The position numbers and the translations under genes were made by a program. From IMG/VR virus record IMGVR_UViG_3300044259_000094, positions 31,734-95,733 of that record: 64,000 bases of DNA, one strand, 5' to 3'. A model generated the notes under the pieces. It saw nothing but the letters and a program-made list of their open reading frames with translations, was not told the DNA's origin and searched no databases. The stretch's first letter is position 1; the number at the start of each line of letters is the position of its first letter. Shown one piece after another: positions 56,305-62,160 of this stretch. The DNA is from a virus.

Positions 56305-56333
56305 TTGCTAACCTTACACAGCGTCTGTAAAGT
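56305..56333 (+). promoter_or_regulatory. sigma70-like promoter of the SLOG/TerB/ncRNA operon
   Basis: TTGCTA-17-TAAAGT with A-tract upstream. Confidence 0.65.
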
Positions 56334-56370
56334 TCAATTCATCGAAACGCAGCAGCAAACGAGAGCAACG

Positions 56371-56907
56371 ATGAAAGCATATGTGGGCGCGGGATCAGGC
56401 AACACCCCTCCTGATGTGCTGGAACTGATGTTCAAGATTGCGGGTGTGATGTCTCAGAAAGGCATCACCCTACGCTGTAGCGAAAGCGGTATCGCCGACG
56501 AGACTTTCGTCAAAGGGTGCAAAGGCAGGTTCTTCACATACATTCCTCACGGGTGTATCGATGAATCGCTGGATAACCCGGATGCGAAACCCTACAAGCC
56601 AAGTGTTTGGGGTATCACCTCTGACCTTAGCCCGGGTAGTAGCGATGTCGCTTTCGCAAGGTCACTCGACCCAGGATTCCTCATGCTGTCTACAGCTGAG
56701 AAGCAATGGGAAGTGGTAGCAAACTCGCTGATCTACGGTCTTCCTGTGTTGGGTAAGCACAGTAGCCTAGCGAAAATGTTGATCTGCTGGTCTGAACCCG
56801 GCGATCACGTTGAACGGTACATCAAGAAGGCTGCGAAAGCCGGTGTACTAACCCTGAACCTTGCAATTCCGCAAGACAGGGCAAAAGTCGAGTCTTGGAC
56901 TCGCTGA
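56371..56907 (+). CDS. SLOG-superfamily (DprA/Smf-like) protein with divergent motifs
   Basis: YVGAGSGNTPPDVL...GITLRCSESGIADETF resembles YAGIGSRxTP...LRSGGAxGAD; LICWS; LNL. Confidence 0.65.
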   Translation: MKAYVGAGSGNTPPDVLELMFKIAGVMSQKGITLRCSESGIADETFVKGCKGRFFTYIPHGCIDESLDNPDAKPYKPSVWGITSDLSPGSSDVAFARSLDPGFLMLSTAEKQWEVVANSLIYGLPVLGKHSSLAKMLICWSEPGDHVERYIKKAAKAGVLTLNLAIPQDRAKVESWTR

Positions 56908-56924
56908 TTATTAGGAGCTACAAA

Positions 56925-57377
56925 ATGGGTCTATTGGGCGCAATCTTCGGTAAAGGCGTGAAGAAGAAAACCACCGAAATCTCGGCTGAAATCGCCAAGA
57001 AAGTGAACCGTGATCTGGTTCAGGGCACCATCTACGGCTGCTTCTTCGTCGCATCGTCTGACGGCGATCTGGGCGAGGACGAAATCAAGAAGATCGAAAA
57101 GCTGATCGCCAACGAACCTCTGATGGCCGGCTTCGGTGCCGAGTTGTCCAACCTGCTGGACACCGCAGAAGCTTCGTACACCGACGGCGGTCCTCGCATC
57201 ATCAAGCGTCGTGCCAAGCAAGAGCTGGAAGACCTCAAGCACGATCCGGAACAAGCTGATATCGCCATGACCATCATGGCCACCATTGCCGACCTGGGCG
57301 GCATCGGTGAAGCTGAGCAGAAGGCTCTGACCGAAGCTGCTCAGTGGCTGAACCTGAACGTTAAAGATTACCTGTAA
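56925..57377 (+). CDS. TerB-like protein
   Basis: VASSDGDLGEDE...IADLGGIGEAE..AL duplicated ADG-x4-E motifs; AGGAG RBS. Confidence 0.8.
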   Translation: MGLLGAIFGKGVKKKTTEISAEIAKKVNRDLVQGTIYGCFFVASSDGDLGEDEIKKIEKLIANEPLMAGFGAELSNLLDTAEASYTDGGPRIIKRRAKQELEDLKHDPEQADIAMTIMATIADLGGIGEAEQKALTEAAQWLNLNVKDYL

Positions 57378-57565
57378 TGGGTTTTCTTGCTGAGCTGGGG
57401 AGTCGCCTTCGGGCGATTCTCATAATCTTAGCGCTGTTCGGTGTTGTTGCTGTTGATGCTGCTTCCCGGATCATTAGCACCTTCGCCGACGGGTTCCTCG
57501 CCATCGTAATCTTGGCTTTGATCTGGCCCTTGATCAAAGCCAAACCTAGCGCCGAAAAGCAGTAA
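57377..57565 (+). CDS. small two-TM membrane protein
   Basis: 62 aa; TAATG overlap with the TerB-like gene. Confidence 0.75.
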   Translation: MGFLAELGSRLRAILIILALFGVVAVDAASRIISTFADGFLAIVILALIWPLIKAKPSAEKQ

Positions 57566-57767
57566 GCCTCGTTTGGGCTTGTCGAGCAGAGGTCCGTTAA
57601 ACCTCCGAGCCGACCTCTAAGCGAGGCGATGAATAGATAATTGATGACTAGAAACGTGGGCCGCCGGCGCGAGTCCACGTTTCATCGAGCGAAAGCTTAG
57701 GTCTGAACCATCGAAACCTGGCTGGCGGAGAAATCCGTCGATGGTTCAGAACCTAAGTTTTCATCAA
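57566..57767 (+). ncRNA. structured RNA candidate (three long irregular hairpins)
   Basis: GCCTCGTTTG/TAAGCGAGGC; GAAACGTGGG/TCCACGTTTC; GAAAGCTTAGGT-CTGAACCATC/GATGGTTCAG-A-ACCTAAGTTTTC with a GAAA tetraloop. Confidence 0.6.
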
Positions 57768-57785
57768 CGTAACGGGAGTTACATC

Positions 57786-58190
57786 ATGTTTGTTGGTAAC
57801 GAACGCAAGATCACGGTTCTCAAAGCTGAGCTGCTGGAAAAGCTGAAAGCCGGCCTGGCGAAGCATCAGAAGGACTTCGCCGAAGCCCATGACGATTACG
57901 TCAAGGCCGCTCAAGCTTTCGTCAAGGCCGCTGCTGAGCGCGTAGCCGTCGGCGATCTGTCCAATCTGGACTTCAGTCGCCACTGCGAGAAGCCTCGCTC
58001 TTACGCGAAGTCCTTCGACAAGGCTATCGCGATGGTTGAAATGTCCATTGGCGATGAAGTCACTCTGGACGAGAAGACCTTCGGTGAGTGGGTTCTCGGT
58101 GAGTGGAACTGGGCCGGCACCTTCGAAGCCTACGGCATGGCCGCGAAGAGTGCGATCAGCAGCCTGACCACTCGCGTAGTCGGCAGCTAA
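57786..58190 (+). CDS. conserved phage hypothetical protein
   Basis: Start MFVGNE with GGGAG RBS; strong codon bias. Confidence 0.8.
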   Translation: MFVGNERKITVLKAELLEKLKAGLAKHQKDFAEAHDDYVKAAQAFVKAAAERVAVGDLSNLDFSRHCEKPRSYAKSFDKAIAMVEMSIGDEVTLDEKTFGEWVLGEWNWAGTFEAYGMAAKSAISSLTTRVVGS

Positions 58191-58388
58191 ATGACCACCT
58201 TCTCGCTGGACGAGTTTGTAGCTGAGGTTCAGAACTCACCTGCAGACTTCAAAGCGTGGTGGCTGGATCAGCGGTCAAAAGCTGCTGATCCAGAAACTTG
58301 GCCTCTGGAGTTACCAGAGAGCAATGCCGGGACGTTCTATGAGGCGTTTGTCGACTACCTCTATCACGTTCACGGTAATGAAGACTGA
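58191..58388 (+). CDS. hypothetical protein
   Basis: 65 aa directly after the previous stop. Confidence 0.7.
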   Translation: MTTFSLDEFVAEVQNSPADFKAWWLDQRSKAADPETWPLELPESNAGTFYEAFVDYLYHVHGNED

Positions 58389-58510
58389 GAAGTCTTCATT
58401 CTTGGTAAGCAGGAGAACTTGGGTTCAACTCCCTTGATTCGGACGGCCCGCCTAACAGGGCTATTAGCTTACGCTGGTTAAAGCGCCTGCTTACCAAGAA
58501 TGAAGATTTT
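58389..58510 (+). ncRNA. circularly permuted tRNA-like RNA (T arm, looped acceptor stem, D arm) closed by a 25-bp duplex
   Basis: 3'-half elements precede 5'-half elements; 58389-58413 pairs with 58486-58510. Confidence 0.8.
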
Positions 58511-58584
58511 GGGGTATCACTGCCACATATGGGAGGCAGGGTCCGGAAGGATCGACGAGGGTTAAACTCCCTCATACTCCACCA
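58511..58584 (+). ncRNA. anticodon-less tRNA-like RNA with Ala identity elements
   Basis: GGGGTAT/ATACTCC-A-CCA (G3.U70, A73); CTGCC/GGCAG D stem; GGTCC-GGAA-GGATC; GAGGG-TTAAACT-CCCTC. Confidence 0.85.
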
Positions 58585-58589
58585 GTTTT

Positions 58590-58669
58590 GAGGGTATACG
58601 CAAATTGGGAAAGCGGTCGGGTGGTGAACCCGATGATTTTAGGCGGTTCGAGTCCCCTTGCCCTCACCA
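58590..58669 (+). tRNA. aberrant tRNA-His(GTG)-like gene
   Basis: GAGGGTA/TGCCCTC-A-CCA; TCGGG-TGGTGAA-CCCGA; bulged T stem; G at position 33. Confidence 0.7.
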
Positions 58670-58672
58670 TAT

Positions 58673-58716
58673 CCAAAAAGAGTTGGCATTCTGTAAGAGA
58701 ATGCCTTATCTTTTGG
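58673..58716 (+). other. RNA hairpin (possible processing element)
   Basis: CCAAAA..GGCATTCT-GTAAG-AGAATGCC..TTTTGG. Confidence 0.55.
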
Positions 58717-58952
58717 TTGCTCTCCCTTGGTTAGAGGGTTGGGTGTGTCGTTCTGTAGCATGCCGGATAGGTGAATGTAAGTAGCGGTGACTATGCCTTT
58801 GGTTTGTGGGTGTCACTACGAAAGATCACAGAGCCTACCGGGAGACTGCTGGTGTTGTTCCCACCTCCTGCTCCACCAGTCTTACAAATCTGTGACTCCT
58901 AAAGCCCGCACTCTGACGGGAACGAACCCTCGGTACACACCGAAGCAGAGAC
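58717..58952 (+). ncRNA. structured, probably pseudoknotted RNA candidate
   Basis: Many 5-8 bp complementary segments, several crossing (see finding); ends at the terminator. Confidence 0.55.
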
Positions 58953-58977
58953 AAAAGCCCGCGAAAGCGGGCTTTTT
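58953..58977. terminator. bidirectional intrinsic terminator
   Basis: AAAAGCCCGC-GAAA-GCGGGCTTTTT. Confidence 0.92.
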
Positions 58978-59156
58978 ATTGTCTTTGTTTTAGCACTCAC
59001 AGCGAGCAGAAACGACACGCTTGGGAAGCTCGTTTTTAAGCGATTACAGCGCGTTTCTCGATCAAGACAAGTCAGCATAGCGCTCAACAAAAAGCGCTCA
59101 AATAGAGCGCTTTTAGACAGCTTGCCAGGTCTATAGACCGTCGTACTCTTCCTTGT

Positions 59157-59660
59157 TCATCGAACATCACCTGGCTCAACGAACTGCCAGGCTTCTGTAT
59201 CGAACGCGGTCACTTTACCGCCGCTACCGCAGTCCATTTCGATAGCCGAGTACACAGCCTGCACAGCGTTCTGACCGAGACGCATGGCAGTCAGAGCAAA
59301 CGGGAACCCGGAGCCGCCAGCACATGGCGCTTCACCCATCATAGGGATCAAGGTTTGCTCCAGATCGAACACCTCTCGATCCTTGGTGATGATCATCCCT
59401 TCCCAGGAATCGGGTTGAATCTCAGGGATAGTGTGTTCCGGGTCTTGCGAGAACAGATCGTTACCCTGTTCCAGCCAATTCTTGATCAGATTGACCATCG
59501 CATAGCTGCCGGCGCCCATGTACAGGAACTCGGTTTCTTTGCCGTTGAGAACACCGTTGATCAGGAACAGCTTCTTGATGGACTTGCCGGTGATAGTGCC
59601 ACCACAGCAAGATCGGCCATCGACAGCGGCGTAACGTCCATCAAATGCGAGAGTGGTCAT
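59157..59660 (-). CDS. HslV/proteasome-like Ntn-fold peptidase
   Basis: N-terminal M-TTLAFDG..AVDGR; GSG..FALTAM; AV..AIEMD..SGG. Confidence 0.8.
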   Translation of the reverse strand: MTTLAFDGRYAAVDGRSCCGGTITGKSIKKLFLINGVLNGKETEFLYMGAGSYAMVNLIKNWLEQGNDLFSQDPEHTIPEIQPDSWEGMIITKDREVFDLEQTLIPMMGEAPCAGGSGFPFALTAMRLGQNAVQAVYSAIEMDCGSGGKVTAFDTEAWQFVEPGDVR

Positions 59661-59737
59661 ACTACTTTCCCCATGTTATTCGCGTTGTGCGTGCATTATC
59701 ATAGACCCCTAACTCACCCGAAACCAATAGGTTCGAC

Positions 59738-60004
59738 ATGACTGCTCTGTACCTCGTCTACACAATGCCAGACTGCCCCGACTGCAAGAACGCCAAGGAA
59801 TTACTGGAACGCGAGGGCGTGGCGTTTCGAGAGGTGACGAAATTCACCCCACAAGAACTGATCGAGAAGGTAGGCCCGGTGCGCTCATTGCCCCAGATCA
59901 TTCTGGATAACGCTTCCGGTCAGTATCACATTGGCGGTTTCAAAGACCTGGTTGCGTTCGTTCGTGACGGCTATCCGGTTGATGTAGCTCGGAAAATTGC
60001 CTAG
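59738..60004 (+). CDS. glutaredoxin
   Basis: YTMPDCPDC; RSLPQI; HIGGF.DL. Confidence 0.92.
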   Translation: MTALYLVYTMPDCPDCKNAKELLEREGVAFREVTKFTPQELIEKVGPVRSLPQIILDNASGQYHIGGFKDLVAFVRDGYPVDVARKIA

Positions 60005-60040
60005 TGATACGCTAGTGGCGTGCTTCGAGGAGACGCCACT

Positions 60041-60265
60041 ATGTTCTACCTGATTGTAGATGACGGGAAGGGTTTCAGACTGGTCGATTTCAGCGACCGC
60101 CAAAGTGACCTGTTTCCGTTGATTGAAGACGCACAAGACGAAAACCCCGCTTCTCAGCCAGTCATTCTTGATGACAAGGCATTGAGAGCGGGGTTTTTAG
60201 TTGATGGGTTCGGGAATGTCGTTACGGAAGGCCGGAATTACTTGGTCTCTTTGGACTCTCTTTGA
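60041..60265 (+). CDS. hypothetical protein
   Basis: GAGGAG RBS before MFYLIV; 28-nt convergent overlap with the next gene. Confidence 0.65.
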   Translation: MFYLIVDDGKGFRLVDFSDRQSDLFPLIEDAQDENPASQPVILDDKALRAGFLVDGFGNVVTEGRNYLVSLDSL

Positions 60266-60864
60266 TCCGCCTCTTTCTGGGCGGCTAACTCAGCGCCCAG
60301 GTTCATGAAGTCTTTCCACTCCTGACTATCCATGATGTCGCCAACCTGAGCGACGATCTTGATATGCTTCCAAGACGGCAGGTCACTCATACTGGCGTTG
60401 TTGACTTGCGCCCACTGCCGAATGAACACACCCACCAATTTCTCTTGAAGACCGTCGATCTTGCCAGAACCGATCTTATGTTGGCTGATCAGGTAGGTCG
60501 TGTGCGTGCGACCGATGTGTTCGTTGTACAGGTTCGCGCTCAGACCGAGCACATTCGCACCACTGCAACCCCAGAACAGCGACAGCCGGGTGGTCAGCTT
60601 CAAGGTCTTTGGCGCTTCAACCAGCTTCGAATCAGCCAGAAACTCGATAGCCTTCTGGAGAGACTTCTGCGCGTTGCCATATTGGGCGTCAGTGAACTGC
60701 CCGGACAGCACGACCTCGCCTTTACGAACGATTTTGACCTGCCAGCACTTGTTCCGATTGTTGCGCCCGATGCCTTTTGGGACGTCAAGAATGTTGAGCC
60801 CCACGTTTATCTGGCGACTTGGCATCTTGATATCGCCTACTTCGATGGTTCGTGGCATAGCCAT
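60238..60864 (-). CDS. AP2-like DNA-binding domain protein
   Basis: PKGIGR...WQVKI...QFTDAQYG..KSLQKAIEF. Confidence 0.6.
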   Translation of the reverse strand: MAMPRTIEVGDIKMPSRQINVGLNILDVPKGIGRNNRNKCWQVKIVRKGEVVLSGQFTDAQYGNAQKSLQKAIEFLADSKLVEAPKTLKLTTRLSLFWGCSGANVLGLSANLYNEHIGRTHTTYLISQHKIGSGKIDGLQEKLVGVFIRQWAQVNNASMSDLPSWKHIKIVAQVGDIMDSQEWKDFMNLGAELAAQKEADQRESKETK

Positions 60865-60903
60865 GATTGAAATCTCGTTTTGTCTGTCTGATGTGTAAAG
60901 TAT

Positions 60904-60934
60904 GCAAGCGTTTACGCGATAAGTAAACGCTTGC
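60904..60934. promoter_or_regulatory. 12-bp inverted repeat overlapping a possible minus-strand promoter
   Basis: GCAAGCGTTTAC-7-GTAAACGCTTGC; minus strand TTTACT-17-CATACT. Confidence 0.55.
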
Positions 60935-60942
60935 CAGTCGGC

Positions 60943-61281
60943 TTAGGAGAAAACGCCATACCCTTCGGGCTTAGGGGTTTCGGGAACCTTATGATCGAGC
61001 ACCGGAGTAGGGTCTTCATCTTCCAACTCTTCATCCTCAGGCTCGGCATCTTCAAGGGTGAACGGCAATTTGTCGAACAGCTCGGCGGCGACAGCAAGAC
61101 CGCCAACAAAGCCTTTGAGCTTGTCACCAGTCATCTCTACATCGCCATCAGGCGTCTTGAGCATGATAGAGCCGTTACTCTTAGTGCAGCCGTCAATGAT
61201 GCCTTGAAGCTGCTCGGATCGAGCGTTGAACCACGCCTCAACGACATCGGCCAACTCTCTGATAGCGTCACCTTCTTCCAT
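60943..61281 (-). CDS. hypothetical protein
   Basis: TAATG overlap; acidic. Confidence 0.7.
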   Translation of the reverse strand: MEEGDAIRELADVVEAWFNARSEQLQGIIDGCTKSNGSIMLKTPDGDVEMTGDKLKGFVGGLAVAAELFDKLPFTLEDAEPEDEELEDEDPTPVLDHKVPETPKPEGYGVFS

Positions 61282-61568
61282 TACAGAATCCCCTGCGTAT
61301 CGTCGCCAGTAATGTAGAAGATCGGCACGTTGGCGAACATGCCTTCGCGATTGAAGTATTCCAGATCGCTACACGCCGGCTCCAGGCTACGCATTTCAAT
61401 CAAGCCGGCTTCTTCAACGTGGCGCAGCTCCTCGCAGTCACCTGCTTCTGCACGGCGCTGACCTTCATGACGAAAGTCCACAGTGCAGACCAAAGGATCA
61501 CCACAACGGTGTTTCGCGCACTGCTCTGTCGCTTTGTCGACCAGCGCTTTCAGTTCGGACAGTCTCAT
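61281..61568 (-). CDS. hypothetical protein
   Basis: TAATG overlap; GAGG RBS. Confidence 0.7.
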   Translation of the reverse strand: MRLSELKALVDKATEQCAKHRCGDPLVCTVDFRHEGQRRAEAGDCEELRHVEEAGLIEMRSLEPACSDLEYFNREGMFANVPIFYITGDDTQGIL

Positions 61569-61957
61569 TACAGAACACCTCGTATACGCAAATGGCTAGC
61601 CAGGTGTGCCCAGGCTCGCTTCAAGCTGTTGGCAACACGCATTTCCGGCTCTCTGTGACGCAATGCGTCGTCCAAAGTGTGCCAGATAAACACGTTGTCG
61701 TCGTACTGAACCACAGAACCCGGGATCTTTGGGTTGGTATGCACGATCGGGTACTTCTTGCCCTTGCGGTTGTTCCAGCGATCAATGCAGTCCATTGCAT
61801 CAGAGCCGAGAACGGAAGCGCCGCAACCACCGCCAGTCTCGTAACAGACCAGGTTGTACACGGTTCTTTCTCGATTGACCGGGTAGATGCAGTCATCGTT
61901 CTGCTCGTCGGGCTTGAAGCCACAGAACGGGCAGTCAATCAGGTGAATCTTGGTCAT
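61568..61957 (-). CDS. Lar-like (restriction alleviation) zinc-finger protein
   Basis: CPFCG...VC...GGCGA...WNNR. Confidence 0.7.
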   Translation of the reverse strand: MTKIHLIDCPFCGFKPDEQNDDCIYPVNRERTVYNLVCYETGGGCGASVLGSDAMDCIDRWNNRKGKKYPIVHTNPKIPGSVVQYDDNVFIWHTLDDALRHREPEMRVANSLKRAWAHLASHLRIRGVL

Positions 61958-62160
61958 AGCTTTACGTCCCCTCTTTGTACGGCGTAGTCTGCAACGCCTT
62001 GTCCGTGACCGCTCAGCCAGAGCTTGAACAGGTCACTGGTTCGTTGATTAGTAAACGCGCCGGCGTCGTTCTTGCTCACGTCCAGCTTGTCGTGCATGGT
62101 TTTCTCGGCGCAGTGCTCAAACAGGCACTGCAACCGACGTAGGTTCTCTGCGTCGTTCAT
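61954..62160 (-). CDS. hypothetical protein
   Basis: ATGA overlaps. Confidence 0.65.
   Translation of the reverse strand: MNDAENLRRLQCLFEHCAEKTMHDKLDVSKNDAGAFTNQRTSDLFKLWLSGHGQGVADYAVQRGDVKL

Noticed and set aside
57641-57685. Hammerhead-like TTGATGA...GAAAC
   Set aside because: Core C3 is T, only 3 nt separate the motifs (no stem II), and no consistent stem I exists
58511-58952. Complete or two-piece tmRNA
   Set aside because: The acceptor domain is closed by a tetraloop with both ends in one 74-nt unit; no plausible resume codon or tag peptide was found downstream
58787-58993. 68-aa GTG ORF
   Set aside because: No RBS, runs through the terminator, atypical composition; RNA structure explains the region better
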